In this document: positions 19,113 to 30,436 of the stretch, one piece after another
Position numbering within the stretch: position 1 is the first letter of the stretch
Layout: the number at the start of each line of letters is the position of its first letter
Assembly (NCBI GenBank): GCA_036679605.1
Contig: JAZDCZ010000418.1
Span: 1 to 37,583, forward strand
Direction: 5' to 3'
Source of the DNA: Gemmatimonadota bacterium
Lineage (GTDB): Bacteria; Gemmatimonadota; Gemmatimonadetes; Gemmatimonadales; GWC2-71-9
Length of the DNA stretch: 37,583 bases
The notes under the pieces: generated by a model
The model's database searches: none
Told to the model about the DNA's origin: nothing
The model's input: the letters and a program-made list of their open reading frames with translations, nothing else
Position numbers and translations under genes: made by a program

Positions 19113-20785
19113 TGGAAGCACCGCCGATCGACATCAGTCCGGCCAACTGGGAGATCGTGCGGGAGATTCTGTCGCGACACGTTCCCGACCGCGAGGTGTG
19201 GGCCTTCGGTTCGCGGGCCACGTGGACCGCTAAGGAATACTCCGACCTCGATCTTGCCGTCATCGGGGACCAGCCGCTCGGCCTTGCGGTCAGCGCCGGC
19301 CTGGCCGACGACTTCGCAAGATCGGACCTGCCGTTCAAGGTGGATGCGGTCGACTGGGCGACAACCAAAGAGTCGTTCCGGAAGATCATCGTGCGGGACA
19401 AGGTTGGGGTGCAGCCCGGCAGGGTACGGGCGCGAGGGGGATTGGGGGCTGAGTGGCCAGTTCGTTCGCTGCGCGACGTGGGTGTTTTGCTGATCGACTG
19501 CGAGCATCGTACTCCGCCGGCCGCGGAAAACGGTTACCCCTACGTGGCTATCCCGCAGGTCAAGGAGGGGCGAATTCATCTCAACGGTGTTCGCCGCATC
19601 ACACGTGAACACTTTGATGAATGGACGCGAAAGGCACACCCGGAGCCTGACGATGTTGTGCTTTCTCGACGGTGCAATCCAGGAGAGACCGGATATGTGC
19701 CGCATGATCTCGAGTTTGCACTGGGGCAGAACCTTGTCTTGCTCCGAGCTGATGGGAAAAAGGTGATCAAGCCGTTCCTTCGCTGGCTCGTCCGTGGACC
19801 CCAGTGGTGGGAACAAGTTGGGATGTTCATCAACGTTGGCGCTGTGTTCGACAGCTTGAGATGCGCGGATATCCCGGATTTCCGTTTGGCCATCCCTCCT
19901 ATTTCCGAGCAACGTGCGATCGCCCACATCCTCGGCACGCTGGACGAGAAGATCGAGTTGAACCGGCGGATGAACGAGACGCTCGAGGCCATGGCCCGGG
20001 CGCTCTTCAAGTCGTGGTTCGTGGACTTCGAGCCCGTCCGCGCGAAGATGGAGGGAAGGTGGAAGCGCGGTCAGTCACTGCCCCTGTCTGCCGTGCCGGG
20101 CACGGCACAGGCAGGCGGGCTTCCCGCGCACCTTTACGATCTCTTCCCCGACCGGCTTGCGCCTTCGGAGTTGGGGGAGATTCCGGAGGGGTGGGCGGTG
20201 AGGTCACTCGATGCGATTGCGGACTTCCAAAACGGGCTTGCCCTACAGAAGTACAGGCCAGGAGAGAACGAGGATCGCCTCCCCGTGGTAAAGATCGCTC
20301 AACTGAGGAGTGGGCAAGCGGATAGTGGGGAGTGGGCTTCCGCGAGTATTAGGCCGGAATGCATCATCGACGACGGCGACGTTGTCTTCTCCTGGTCGGG
20401 TAGTCTCATGGTGAAGGTTTGGTGTGGTGGGCGTGCTGCGCTGAATCAGCATCTATTCAAGGTGACTTCGACACGATACCCGAAGTGGTTCTATCTGCAA
20501 TGCACGCAATCTCATCTGTTGGACTTTCAGCATATCGCGGCGGGCAAGGCAACGACCATGGGGCACATAAAACGCCACCACCTGAGTGAGGCCAATTGCG
20601 CTGTCCCAAGTCGGCCTCTCCTATCGGCGGCCGACGAAGCATTCTCGGACTTTCTTGCAAAGAGCATTTCGGCAAGCATTGAATCTCGCACCCTTACCAC
20701 GCTACGCGACACTCTCCTCCCCAAGCTGATCTCTGGTGACTTGATAGTCTCGACCGATACGGTCCAGCGTTTACGTGTGGGATGA
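19109..20785 (+). CDS. hsdS: MNT nucleotidyltransferase::type I R-M specificity subunit fusion
   Basis: aa 1-~105 carry GSX10DXD (GSRATWTAKEYSDLD) and LPFKVD; then TRD1, PPISEQRAIAHILGTLDEKIELN, EIPEGW, TRD2, LRDTLLPKLISG in one frame. Confidence 0.92.
   Translation: MMEAPPIDISPANWEIVREILSRHVPDREVWAFGSRATWTAKEYSDLDLAVIGDQPLGLAVSAGLADDFARSDLPFKVDAVDWATTKESFRKIIVRDKVGVQPGRVRARGGLGAEWPVRSLRDVGVLLIDCEHRTPPAAENGYPYVAIPQVKEGRIHLNGVRRITREHFDEWTRKAHPEPDDVVLSRRCNPGETGYVPHDLEFALGQNLVLLRADGKKVIKPFLRWLVRGPQWWEQVGMFINVGAVFDSLRCADIPDFRLAIPPISEQRAIAHILGTLDEKIELNRRMNETLEAMARALFKSWFVDFEPVRAKMEGRWKRGQSLPLSAVPGTAQAGGLPAHLYDLFPDRLAPSELGEIPEGWAVRSLDAIADFQNGLALQKYRPGENEDRLPVVKIAQLRSGQADSGEWASASIRPECIIDDGDVVFSWSGSLMVKVWCGGRAALNQHLFKVTSTRYPKWFYLQCTQSHLLDFQHIAAGKATTMGHIKRHHLSEANCAVPSRPLLSAADEAFSDFLAKSISASIESRTLTTLRDTLLPKLISGDLIVSTDTVQRLRVG
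20083..20115. repeat. 33-bp palindromic REP-like insertion within hsdS
   Basis: CCTGTC-TGCCGTGCC-G-GGCACGGCA-CAGGCAGG, in frame (LSAVPGTAQAG). Confidence 0.6.
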
Positions 20786-21783
20786 TCAGCTATCCACTTA
20801 AGCCGTGGACAAGAGCGGCCTTTGAACTTATCGCCCACGCGGAGCAACACCTTCGAGACGGTGCAGATTTCGATCGCCGTGTGGCGATCATCGGCTTTGA
20901 CAATGCCATCGAGGTTGCGATCACGACATATCTTGGTCTGCACCCAATCCAACGGGAAGGTAGACAATACAAACGGGAGGATGTAACGAAGTGGCTGGAA
21001 AACTACCACAGCAAGCTGGAGTTTCTCGCACAGGAAGCACAGGCTAGCGAGTTCAGTCCTAAGGTACCGTCCGACGAGATTGTTTACTATCACAAGCTTC
21101 GCAGCGATCAGTATCATACTGGTGGCTCTGGTGTTCCCGAGGCTGACTGTCTCGCTGCACTCCGTACAGCAGCGTTGGACACGTTCGGATTCTTATACGG
21201 TGTCGTCGATGTTGAAGAGCTGCTCGAAGATTGGTTAGAGAAAACCGCGCTGTCTTCTGAACAGACGATGCCACGAGACGAGACGGCCGACTGGCTTCTC
21301 GATGACGCATCGGAGCCAGTGATTATCGCTGGGCAACCTTACCGTGTGAGTGAGGCACTTCGTACGATCGACCCTAACGCATATCGGGCTGCTGTAGCTG
21401 CTATCGCTGAATCGCGAAACGTATTCGAGCAACTCTGCGACAAGTATCCAGATGCCATACGTCCCAAGATAAAGTTTGTGGGTTTTGTGCACTACGAGGA
21501 AGACGTTTTCTTGAAGACGGTGGATTCGGATGGAGAAGTGTTGTTGATGGACACCGAGTTCATTATGGCTGGCGGTCAGATAGGTAGCCCCTACTTTACG
21601 AGCGCTAGAAGCCCGAACGAGAATGCTGATCTGCTGGTCAACGACTTCCGTCCCTATTCAATCATCAACTGCTTCGAGTTTCTTACGGAGGAAGCGGCGA
21701 TCGAAATAGCCCGGGCTCATCAAGCGGACCAGACTGATGCACGCCCTGGGTCCGTTCACAATAGCAGCGAAACCATGTCATGA
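20782..21783 (+). CDS. Hypothetical protein with N-terminal HEPN-like domain
   Basis: [13 protein letters not shown] and R107-SDQY-H112; ATGA overlaps with both neighbours. Confidence 0.72.
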   Translation: MISYPLKPWTRAAFELIAHAEQHLRDGADFDRRVAIIGFDNAIEVAITTYLGLHPIQREGRQYKREDVTKWLENYHSKLEFLAQEAQASEFSPKVPSDEIVYYHKLRSDQYHTGGSGVPEADCLAALRTAALDTFGFLYGVVDVEELLEDWLEKTALSSEQTMPRDETADWLLDDASEPVIIAGQPYRVSEALRTIDPNAYRAAVAAIAESRNVFEQLCDKYPDAIRPKIKFVGFVHYEEDVFLKTVDSDGEVLLMDTEFIMAGGQIGSPYFTSARSPNENADLLVNDFRPYSIINCFEFLTEEAAIEIARAHQADQTDARPGSVHNSSETMS

Positions 21784-24700
21784 GTATTAGCAGTAACACA
21801 TTCACTGAGTCGGTAGTCGAAGACGCCGCCCTCGCCTGGCTAGAAAGCCTCGGCTGGAGCGTTACTCACGGCCCCGACATCGCGCCCGATACACCAGGCG
21901 CCGAGCGTGAAGACTATGGACAGGTAGTGCTGGAAGGGCGGCTGCGCAATGCGCTCGCCCGCCTCAACCCAGACCTTCCCGCCGAGGCGCTCGACGATGC
22001 CTTTCGCAAGCTGACTCGCCCGGAGGGGCCGACCCTCGAAGCCAGGAACCGCGCCTTCCATCGCCTCTTGGTAGACGGCGCTACGGTGGAATACCGAACG
22101 GATGACGGTACCATCCGCGGGGAGCAGGCGCGCGCGATCGACTTCGACGAACCGGCCAATAACGACTGGCTGGCGGTGAACCAGTTTTCCGTCACCGAAA
22201 ACAAGCACGCGCGCCGGCCGGATGTCGTGCTCTTCGTCAACGGCCTGCCGCTCGGCGTGATCGAACTCAAGAACGCGGCCGACGAGGACGCCACTATATG
22301 GACCGCCTGGCAGCAACTCCAAACTTACAAGGCCGAGTTGCCGGCACTCTTTGCGATGAACGAACTGTTGCTGGTCTCCGACGGCACCCAGGCGCGGGTG
22401 GGTACGCTCACCGCAGGACGCGAATGGTTCAAGCCGTGGCGCACGATTTCCGGTGAAACACTAGCCGATCCGCACATCCCCGAGTTGCAGGTGGCCATCG
22501 ATGGTCTGCTCGACCGCTGTCGCTTGCTCGACATGGTGCGTGACTTCGTCGTATTTGAGGACGAGGGCGGCGAACAACTCGCCAAGAAGATGGCGGGCTA
22601 CCATCAGTTCCACGCGGTGCGAACGGCGGTCACCGAGACGTTGCGCGCTGCCGAACTCAAGCGCGAGCCCGACGGGGTTGCCGAGCGGGGAGGCGGTTAC
22701 GAGACGGGTCGCGCACCTGGCGGCAAACCCGGCGACCGCCGCATCGGTGTGGTCTGGCACACGCAGGGCTCGGGCAAGAGCCTGACCATGGCCTTCTATG
22801 CCGGCCGGATAATCCGCGAGGTGGCGATGGAGAACCCGACCATCGTCGTGCTCACCGACCGTAACGACCTCGACGATCAGCTCTTCGGCACCTTCTCTCG
22901 TTGCGCCGAGTTGCTGCGCCAGCCGCCTGTCCAGGCGGAGAACCGCGCGGACCTGCGGGAAAAGCTATCGGTGCAGTCGGGCGGCGTGGTCTTCACCACA
23001 ATTCACAAGTTTTTTCCCGAAGAGAAGGGTGATCGCCACCCGGTACTTTCGGAACGGAGTAACATTGTAGTCATCGCCGACGAGGCCCACCGCAGCCAGT
23101 ACGACTTCATCGACGGCTTCGCCCGCCACATGCGGGACGCGCTGCCGCACGCCTCGTTCATCGGGTTCACCGGAACTCCCATTGAACTCGCCGACGCCAA
23201 CACTCGTTCCGTGTTTGGCGATTACATCAGCGTCTACGATATCCAGCGCGCCGTGGAAGACGGCGCGACGGTACCGATCTACTACGAGAGTCGGCTTGCG
23301 AAGCTGGAACTTGACGAAGCCGCACGACCCAAGATCGATCCGGAGTTCGAGGAGGCGACCGAAGGCGAGGAAGTCGAGCGAAAGGAGAAGCTCAAGACCA
23401 AGTGGGCCCAGCTCGAGGCCATCGTCGGCGCAGAGAAGCGACTCGAAATGGTGGCCCGGGACATTGTCGAGCACTTTGAGGCGCGCTGTGAAGCGATCGA
23501 GGGCAAGGCGATGATCGTGTGCATGAGCCGCCGTATATGCGTCCAACTCTACCAGAAGATTGTGGCGCTCCGGCCCGCATGGCACAACGACGAGGATGAT
23601 CAGGGTGCGGTCAAGGTAGTGATGACGGGTTCAGCGTCGGACCCCGTGGACTGGCAGCAGCACATCCGCAACAAGCCCAGGCGTGAGGCGCTCGCCAACC
23701 GTTTTCGCGACGCGGGCGATCCACTCCGAGTCGTACTCGTGCGGGACATGTGGCTGACCGGATTCGACGCCCCCGCGCTTCACACGATGTACCTCGACAA
23801 ACCGATGCGGGGTCACGGCTTGATGCAGGCGATCGCCCGGGTGAACCGCGTGTTCCGCGACAAGCCGGGTGGTTTGGTGGTCGACTATATAGGAATAGCG
23901 CAGGAGTTGAAATCCGCCCTCACCACGTACACCGAGAGCGGCGGTACCGGGCGCACCGCGCTCGACCAGACCGAGGCTGTCGCCGTCATGCAGGAGAAAT
24001 ACGAGATCTGCTGCGGGCTTCTCCACGGCTTCGACCGGTCTGCTTGGGTGACCGGCACGCCGCAGAAGCGACTCGGGTTACTCCCCGCTGCGCAGGAGCA
24101 CGTACTGGCACAGGAGAACGGCAAGGACCGGCTGGTCCGAGCGGTGCGGGAGCTTTCCCAAGCCTTTGCTCTAGCCGCACCACACCCAGAAGCGATCGAG
24201 ATTCGGGATGACATCGCGTTCTTCCAGGCGGTTCAAGCCGTACTCGCCAAGCGAGCGCCTGGGGACGCCCGGCCAGAAGAGGAAATCGAACACGCTGTTC
24301 GGCAGATCATCTCCCGCGCCGTCGCTCCCGAAGGCGTGGTGGACATCTTCGCCGCCGCCGGCCTCGAGAAGCCCGACATTTCAATTCTGTCCGACGAGTT
24401 CCTGGCTGAGATGCGAGGGCTTCCACAGCGCAACCTCGCCGTCGAACTCTTGCAGAAGCTCCTCAAAGGAGAGTTGCGCACCCGGCGCCGTAAGAACGTA
24501 GTGCAGGCACGGTCGTTTGCGGAGATGCTGGAGCGATCACTGCGCCGCTACCAGAACCGCGCCATCGAGGCCGCGCAAGTAATCGAGGAGATGATCGGCC
24601 TGGCCAAGGACATGCGGGAGGCAGATCGGCGTGGTGAAGCACTCGGCCTCAGTGACGATGAAGTTGCGTTCTACGATGCGTTGGAGACGAGCGACAGCGC

Positions 24701-24932
24701 CGTTGCCGTCCTGGGAGATAAGACCCTGCGCGGTATCGCGCGGGAACTCGTCGAGGCTGTGCGGGCCAACGTCACCATCGACTGGACACTGCGCGAGAAT
24801 GTCCGCGCACATCTGCGTGTGATCGTGAAGCGAATCCTACGCAAACACGGCTACCCGCCCGACAAGCAGGAGAAGGCGACGCAGACGGTGTTGGAGCAGG
24901 CGGAGGTATTGTGTGAGGATTGGGCGGCGTGA
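21780..24932 (+). CDS. hsdR: Type I R-M restriction subunit
   Basis: [44 protein letters not shown]. Confidence 0.97.
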   Translation: MSISSNTFTESVVEDAALAWLESLGWSVTHGPDIAPDTPGAEREDYGQVVLEGRLRNALARLNPDLPAEALDDAFRKLTRPEGPTLEARNRAFHRLLVDGATVEYRTDDGTIRGEQARAIDFDEPANNDWLAVNQFSVTENKHARRPDVVLFVNGLPLGVIELKNAADEDATIWTAWQQLQTYKAELPALFAMNELLLVSDGTQARVGTLTAGREWFKPWRTISGETLADPHIPELQVAIDGLLDRCRLLDMVRDFVVFEDEGGEQLAKKMAGYHQFHAVRTAVTETLRAAELKREPDGVAERGGGYETGRAPGGKPGDRRIGVVWHTQGSGKSLTMAFYAGRIIREVAMENPTIVVLTDRNDLDDQLFGTFSRCAELLRQPPVQAENRADLREKLSVQSGGVVFTTIHKFFPEEKGDRHPVLSERSNIVVIADEAHRSQYDFIDGFARHMRDALPHASFIGFTGTPIELADANTRSVFGDYISVYDIQRAVEDGATVPIYYESRLAKLELDEAARPKIDPEFEEATEGEEVERKEKLKTKWAQLEAIVGAEKRLEMVARDIVEHFEARCEAIEGKAMIVCMSRRICVQLYQKIVALRPAWHNDEDDQGAVKVVMTGSASDPVDWQQHIRNKPRREALANRFRDAGDPLRVVLVRDMWLTGFDAPALHTMYLDKPMRGHGLMQAIARVNRVFRDKPGGLVVDYIGIAQELKSALTTYTESGGTGRTALDQTEAVAVMQEKYEICCGLLHGFDRSAWVTGTPQKRLGLLPAAQEHVLAQENGKDRLVRAVRELSQAFALAAPHPEAIEIRDDIAFFQAVQAVLAKRAPGDARPEEEIEHAVRQIISRAVAPEGVVDIFAAAGLEKPDISILSDEFLAEMRGLPQRNLAVELLQKLLKGELRTRRRKNVVQARSFAEMLERSLRRYQNRAIEAAQVIEEMIGLAKDMREADRRGEALGLSDDEVAFYDALETSDSAVAVLGDKTLRGIARELVEAVRANVTIDWTLRENVRAHLRVIVKRILRKHGYPPDKQEKATQTVLEQAEVLCEDWAA

Positions 24933-24934
24933 TG

Positions 24935-25050
24935 GTATGTGCGTCCGTTTCCCAATACGAATGATGGCAAGTGGCTGGTCTCGACCGATGGAGGGCAGGA
25001 ACCCGTGTGGGCGCACAACGGGCGGGAGTTGTTCTACAAGGGCAGCGGGG
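24935..25050 (+). pseudogene. Fragment of a TolB/PD40-like propeller
   Basis: VYVRPFPNTNDGKWLVSTDGGQEPVWAHNGRELFY. Confidence 0.6.
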
Positions 25051-25580
25051 ACCTGTGTGAAGCGTCGGCATGCCGTTTGTCCCCAGACCTCGATTCGATT
25101 CTGGTCTGCGGCAGGAACTAGCACATAGAAGCGCCCGGTCGGCGGCAGTTGGTTCACCTCCAATAGATCTGGTAACCCCTCGGAAGCTCCGCTAACCAGG
25201 ATCCTCGAACGCGACGCCGTCAGTCGCACCGTCAATCCATCGAGATCTGACCGGAGAGTCACTCCATTGATCCAATCAAGAGTGGCTGCATCGACGGATT
25301 CCGTATTGTCTCGAATGGCTAGAGGAGTCGACCATCCGCCTATTGATCGTTCCAAGTCATAGGTGTGGTTCGAGCCGTCATGCGTCAAAGCGATTACGGA
25401 ATCATCGTCTCGATCTCCGAGCTTGCACCGAACCGTGCATTGGACGCGGCGCGATATTCGGTCCACTCTAGCACAAATCCTTAAGGTCGCGAACTTCGCT
25501 CTACCATCGACAGGATCGACGTTTTGGCCGTCCCAGGCTTCAAGTTCTTCGCTCACGGCATCGAGCAAAGCAGAATGCAT
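25050..25580 (-). pseudogene. Probable internal fragment of an unknown gene
   Basis: Protein-like ORF segment whose 3' end runs antisense into the TolB fragment and hsdR. Confidence 0.3.
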
Positions 25581-25788
25581 GTCGCTTTCGGAGGGTTTTG
25601 GTCGAGCAAGCCGCCCGATTTCTCTGGTTGACGATCACTGGCGCCCATAGACGATCATCGGTGTTGTGACAATTCTTGTTACAATTTCTTGCGCGGGTCA
25701 CTTGACCTAGTTAAGCTCGCGGCCGTCCCCGCCAGGCGCATCTTTCCTTATCATATATGCTGCGTGCGAGTGACCATCCCTCTAAGTG

Positions 25789-26769
25789 TCAGACAACTTC
25801 CATGACGATCTTACCTGTGGCCATGTTCTCGTCCATCATGGTGTGCGCTTCTCGGAGCTTCTCGAAAGGGAAGTTCGGTCCGAGCTTGAGCTTGAGTTCA
25901 CCAGACTCAACGAGAGAGACGTATGTCTGAAGCTGCGCGGGAGTGATATCGGACGACTCACCCGCGTACGAGGTCAACTTTACGCCGGTTGGCACATCAG
26001 CCATTGGGCGGAATTCCGATAAAACCCACCCGCCGCCAAGAATGCCGGTCATGCACACGATGCCGCCCCGTCGCGCCGTCTGCAGTGAATCCAGCAATGT
26101 CGTGGCCCCCACCAATTCGAGGACGCGGTCGAAACCATTTGGGTAGATCGCTCGAGCTTTGTCCGCTATGGAACCGTCATCCACCAACACGTGAGTAGCT
26201 CCTGCGACCAGAAGTTCGTCGGCCCTAGTCGCATTTCTAGTGGTCGCCGTAAGCTCCAGACCCGCCGCTCGCGCGAGAGCGATGGTTGCAAAGCCGATGG
26301 ACGATGTCGCGCCTCGCACGAGGAGGTTATCAGCGCGCTCAACCTCGAGGCCAGTATGGAGCGAGCCATGGACGGTCTGCAGCATCTCGGGTAGCGCTCC
26401 GAGGATGTTCCAATCCAAGCTCGTTTCCAAGGGGAACACGTGCTGCCGTGGAACGATGACATACTCGGCATAGGAGCCGTCGAACTGTCGCCCCATCCCA
26501 CCCATCATCGCTGCGACTCGCATGCCGCGGGATAGGTCCGAGCCAGGCGCGGAAACCACTTCACCGACGCATTCGATGCCGAGCACCCGAGGAAACTCCA
26601 CTGTGGGCGACTGCCCCCTTCGTGTGAACCACTCGGATCGGTTGAGCCCAAACGCCCGATTGTGAATCAAGACCCAACCGTCGCGTGGTTGTGGTCGGGG
26701 CATTTCTCGGAGTTCGAGCTTTTCCGGGCCGCCGGGCTCTTCGATCACGAAGGCGCGCATTATTTCCAT
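25789..26769 (-). CDS. MDR-family quinone oxidoreductase-like protein
   Basis: GGPEKL, FGLNRSE, PRVLGIECVG, RGATSSIG, GKIV. Confidence 0.92.
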   Translation of the reverse strand: MEIMRAFVIEEPGGPEKLELREMPRPQPRDGWVLIHNRAFGLNRSEWFTRRGQSPTVEFPRVLGIECVGEVVSAPGSDLSRGMRVAAMMGGMGRQFDGSYAEYVIVPRQHVFPLETSLDWNILGALPEMLQTVHGSLHTGLEVERADNLLVRGATSSIGFATIALARAAGLELTATTRNATRADELLVAGATHVLVDDGSIADKARAIYPNGFDRVLELVGATTLLDSLQTARRGGIVCMTGILGGGWVLSEFRPMADVPTGVKLTSYAGESSDITPAQLQTYVSLVESGELKLKLGPNFPFEKLREAHTMMDENMATGKIVMEVV

Positions 26770-26951
26770 CCTCGGTCCTCGCAGCCGCTCAGGGACGCAA
26801 TCTCCTGGCGGCCAAACTGGTATTACATGGTGACCTCGACCTTGGCGATCTAGGCTGCCGCTTCGCTCGCATCTTTAAGTAACTCAATCGACCCGCAGAG
26901 AGGAGATCTGTTCATTGCAGTGACTGTCGATCCATGCATCGACGAAATTCG

Positions 26952-28466
26952 TCAGAATCTAGTCCGGTTTTGATGCCCTTGGGATGATCGTTCGATTCCC
27001 ATTTTCCTTACCCGCGACGAGAGGGTCGTAGGTTTCACACCGAGCAGGTCGGCCGCACCGCCGGCACCGTAGATCCGCCCGTTCGAACGTCGCAACGCGG
27101 CGAGTAGATTCTCGCGTTCGCGGCGGCGCAGCTCGGCTTCGGGAATCACGTCCTCATCTTGGTCTGCACTCGTGCGGCTGGCGCCACGATGCCCGCCAAC
27201 AGATCTGCCGCCCGGCAGATCGAATCGCAGGCGACCGTGTCCTCCTCGCTGCGTGATGAGCCCTCGCTCGAGCACATTCTGAAACTCACGCACGTTTCCT
27301 GGCCAATCGTATTCCTTGAGTTGTCGTATATCTGCCGTCGTTAGGTGGGGCACCGAGAGATTTAGCTTGCGTGCGGTCTGCTCGAGGTAGTGTGCTGCAA
27401 GCTGCGGAATGTCATCCGTTCGGTGGCGGAGCGGTGCGACCTCAATGGGGAACACGTTTAGTCGGTAGTAGAGGTCCTGGCGGAAGCGGCCTGCCTCGAC
27501 TTCCCGCTTGAGATCGCGATTTGTCGCAGTGACGATCCGAACATCGACGGTCCTCGTCTTCTCCTCACCCACGCGTTCGTACTCTCCCTCCTGGATCACG
27601 CGGAGAAGCTTGCTCTGCATCTCGAGCGGGATCTCTCCCACCTCGTCGAGAAACAGAGTGCCGCCGTCAGCGAGTTGGAAGCGACCGATCCGATCACGCA
27701 CTGCACCCGTAAACGCGCCGCGCACGTGGCCGAAGAACTCGCTCTCGAACAGCTCCCGCGGAATCGACGCGCAATTCACCTTGATCAACGGCTTGTCCTT
27801 CCTCGGGCTCAGCGCATGTACCGCTCGCGCCACCAGCTCTTTGCCGGTTCCCGTCTCTCCAGTGATCACGACGTTCGCCTGCGTGGGCGCCACTGTCTCG
27901 ATTGCATCGAGCACGTTTTGAATTGCAATCGACCGGCCCACGATCTCCTCGAAGTTGTGGTCGGTCTTGATCTCTTCCTGGAGATAGAGGTTCTCGGCAT
28001 GGAGACGGTCCTTCAGCGCCTCGACATCGACCAACGCCTGGCGCAACTCATGCTCCGCCTTCTTTAGCTGCGTAATCTCCTGACCGTACGCGAGGACATG
28101 CGTGACGTTGTCACCGTCATCGAGAACGGGACTGAACGTGCGCACATAGTTGCGTCGTCGTCCTTGCTTATCCGTCCACACCTCTTCGAAGGTGATGGCC
28201 TCTTTGCCGGTGACGCAGTCTTCTATCACGGCCTGCCGCTTGTCCGCGATGGCAATAGGGTATTTGCGCTTACGGCAGTAGTCGTGGTGTGTTTTGCCCA
28301 AGACCCATTCCCGCATCTCCGGGTCACGGATCCCCGACGGCGTGTTGAACAGGAAGCGGCCTTCCGGATCGAACACACCTATCTCGGCCGGGATGTTGTT
28401 GAAGAGCCGCCGGTACTGCTCCAGTTCCGTGATGAGGTCCGGGGTCAGTCTTTCGCCATGCTGCAT
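26952..28466 (-). CDS. PAS-domain sigma54-dependent transcriptional activator
   Basis: GETGTGKE, GAFTGA, LFLDEVGE, WPGNVRE, C-terminal HTH. Confidence 0.95.
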   Translation of the reverse strand: MQHGERLTPDLITELEQYRRLFNNIPAEIGVFDPEGRFLFNTPSGIRDPEMREWVLGKTHHDYCRKRKYPIAIADKRQAVIEDCVTGKEAITFEEVWTDKQGRRRNYVRTFSPVLDDGDNVTHVLAYGQEITQLKKAEHELRQALVDVEALKDRLHAENLYLQEEIKTDHNFEEIVGRSIAIQNVLDAIETVAPTQANVVITGETGTGKELVARAVHALSPRKDKPLIKVNCASIPRELFESEFFGHVRGAFTGAVRDRIGRFQLADGGTLFLDEVGEIPLEMQSKLLRVIQEGEYERVGEEKTRTVDVRIVTATNRDLKREVEAGRFRQDLYYRLNVFPIEVAPLRHRTDDIPQLAAHYLEQTARKLNLSVPHLTTADIRQLKEYDWPGNVREFQNVLERGLITQRGGHGRLRFDLPGGRSVGGHRGASRTSADQDEDVIPEAELRRRERENLLAALRRSNGRIYGAGGAADLLGVKPTTLSSRVRKMGIERSSQGHQNRTRF

Positions 28467-28509
28467 GAGTCAGATCCTCCGCTCCGTCGCAGTTGGTTCA
28501 ACTAAATAG

Positions 28510-28563
28510 AACGAACAATCGTCATTTGTCCAATGATATTTCGTTGGCAACGAACTATCGTCG
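28510..28563. promoter_or_regulatory. Candidate enhancer (UAS) boxes A(C/T)GA-N4-TCGT x3
   Basis: AACGAACAATCGTC, CAATGATATTTCGTTG, CAACGAACTATCGTCG. Confidence 0.55.
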
Positions 28564-28617
28564 ACGTCCATATATCATAACCTACTGTGTCACAACAGTT
28601 TACGGCACTCGCAAGAA

Positions 28618-28633
28618 TGGCATGTCGGTTGCT
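28618..28633 (+). promoter_or_regulatory. Sigma54 -24/-12 promoter
   Basis: TGGCATGTCGGTTGCT (GG-N10-GC), divergent from the activator. Confidence 0.85.
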
Positions 28634-28693
28634 TTAGGAGGGTCAAGCTGAGCCGAGAACGGCTCTTATCTCTAACCGAACAGGAGAGCAATC

Positions 28694-29797
28694 ATGCCGA
28701 CGACCGAGACCCTATCACCCGCAAGCCTGAGGCAGTCGGGCCAGCCGCTCACAGCGACGACCATGAAGGCCGCAGTGATTCGCGCGTTCGGCGACACCGA
28801 CGTCTTGCAGTATGACAACGTCCCTATACCGCAGCCCAGGCCCGGGGACCTGTTGGTCAAGGTGCTGGCGGCCGGGGTGAACCGTTTCGACCACTACATC
28901 CGCGCAGGCGAGGTCGTTCCGGAGCTGCCGTTCCCGCACATCCTGGGTGCCGACGCCGCCGGCGAGGTTGCCGCCATCGGCGACGGCGTCACCGGTTTCG
29001 AGATCGGAGAACGAGTAGTCCCGGCGGCGGGATTCGCAACCGATGAAGCCGAGTCCGACATACGGCCCACTGCAACAGCCCCGAGCTTTGCATTGCCCGG
29101 ATTGCACATCGCGGGCACCTATGCCCAGTACATCGAAGTGCCGGCCCGGGCCACAGTGAAAGACGATACGGGTCTCGATCCCCAACTCATCGCGACGTTA
29201 CCCGTGGTGTTGGCTACCGCAACTCGGGCAGTCAAGAACGTTGGCGAGGTGAAGGCTGGTGACAGCGTCCTCGTCCACGCGGGTGCATCGGGCTCCGGCA
29301 GCATGCTGATTCAGGTGGCGAAAGCGTTGGGAGCCAAGGTGGCCACAACCATCCGTAACGAAGACAAGCGGGAGTTTGCGGAGCGCACCGGTGCCGACCT
29401 CGTGATCAACATGAAGACTGAGAACTTCGTCGAGCGCGTCAAGGAATGGACGAACGGTTCCGGCGTTGACGTCGTAATCGACAACTTGGGCGGAGATGTC
29501 TTCCCCAAGAGCATTGAGGCAGCGAGACCGCTGGGTGTCGTCGTCGCATTTGGGTTTACGGCGGGCACGGAAGTCACTTTCAACGTGCAGAGCTTGTTCT
29601 TCCCCCAGAAACAGCTGCGGGGATCGATGGCCAGCGACATCGAGGATCTCGAATGGGGTCTCGAGCAGATCAAAGCGGGCCGGATCAAGCCGCTGCTCGA
29701 CCGCGCGCTGCCGCTCAGCCAAGCGGCCGAGGCCCACCGTTTAATCGCAAACAACGAGATCACCGGCAACATCGTGTTGTTGCCGTGGACCGCATAG
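28694..29797 (+). CDS. MDR-family NADPH:quinone oxidoreductase-like protein
   Basis: MKAAVIRAFG, GVNRFD, PHILGADAAG, HAGASGSG, GNIVL. Confidence 0.92.
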   Translation: MPTTETLSPASLRQSGQPLTATTMKAAVIRAFGDTDVLQYDNVPIPQPRPGDLLVKVLAAGVNRFDHYIRAGEVVPELPFPHILGADAAGEVAAIGDGVTGFEIGERVVPAAGFATDEAESDIRPTATAPSFALPGLHIAGTYAQYIEVPARATVKDDTGLDPQLIATLPVVLATATRAVKNVGEVKAGDSVLVHAGASGSGSMLIQVAKALGAKVATTIRNEDKREFAERTGADLVINMKTENFVERVKEWTNGSGVDVVIDNLGGDVFPKSIEAARPLGVVVAFGFTAGTEVTFNVQSLFFPQKQLRGSMASDIEDLEWGLEQIKAGRIKPLLDRALPLSQAAEAHRLIANNEITGNIVLLPWTA

Positions 29798-29813
29798 AAG
29801 GAAGGGAGAAGAA

Positions 29814-30137
29814 ATGTCTCTGTACGGAATTTACGGCCGACACAGCGTCGAGGCGTGCCCGGTCAACGATCTGAAGAACGCTAAGAAGTTGATTTCCTTC
29901 GCGGAGAGCGACCTCACGCCGCTCTTATCGAAGTATCGCATCAACGATGTTCTCGGTCAGTATCACTCGGCCTTCGAACACACGTTTCTGTGGATCGTTG
30001 ATGCCGATGACCCGCATCTCATTGAAGAGTTCGCGCTCGAGACGGGGCTCGCATCGTTCAACACCCTGACAATCGTCCCGCTCAAGACGCTTGCCGAAGG
30101 GGTCATCCCGCGAGTCAAGAGGGTGCACGGGCTCTAG
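29814..30137 (+). CDS. Hypothetical protein (H..EACP motif)
   Basis: GGGAGA RBS, operonic position. Confidence 0.75.
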   Translation: MSLYGIYGRHSVEACPVNDLKNAKKLISFAESDLTPLLSKYRINDVLGQYHSAFEHTFLWIVDADDPHLIEEFALETGLASFNTLTIVPLKTLAEGVIPRVKRVHGL

Positions 30138-30209
30138 AATCACGGGCGAGCGGCGCAGCACGAGTAGCTTGCACCGCTCGCTGCAACGCTGTTAGCAAGG
30201 AGAAAGACA

Positions 30210-30317
30210 ATGACGGACTTTGCGATACACACAAGAGATTCGGCACCCGAGGCGTCACAGGAACTTCTGGGAGCCGCACAGACCAGGTTGGGCAAGAGCG
30301 AGAAGGCTCGTTCGTAG
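30210..30317 (+). pseudogene. N-terminal relic of a CMD/AhpD-like gene
   Basis: AAGGAG RBS; MTDFAIHTRDSAPEASQELL...LG then early stop. Confidence 0.5.
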
Positions 30318-30436
30318 GGGCTAAGATGCAGTGCCGAAGCTCAGGCAGCGGGTGGTAGGTACCGGTTGGCAGCAAGCCTCGCTGATTACCACCGGTTGCT
30401 GGCCAACGAGACGCGTGCTCTCTACCTTGGATCTCA

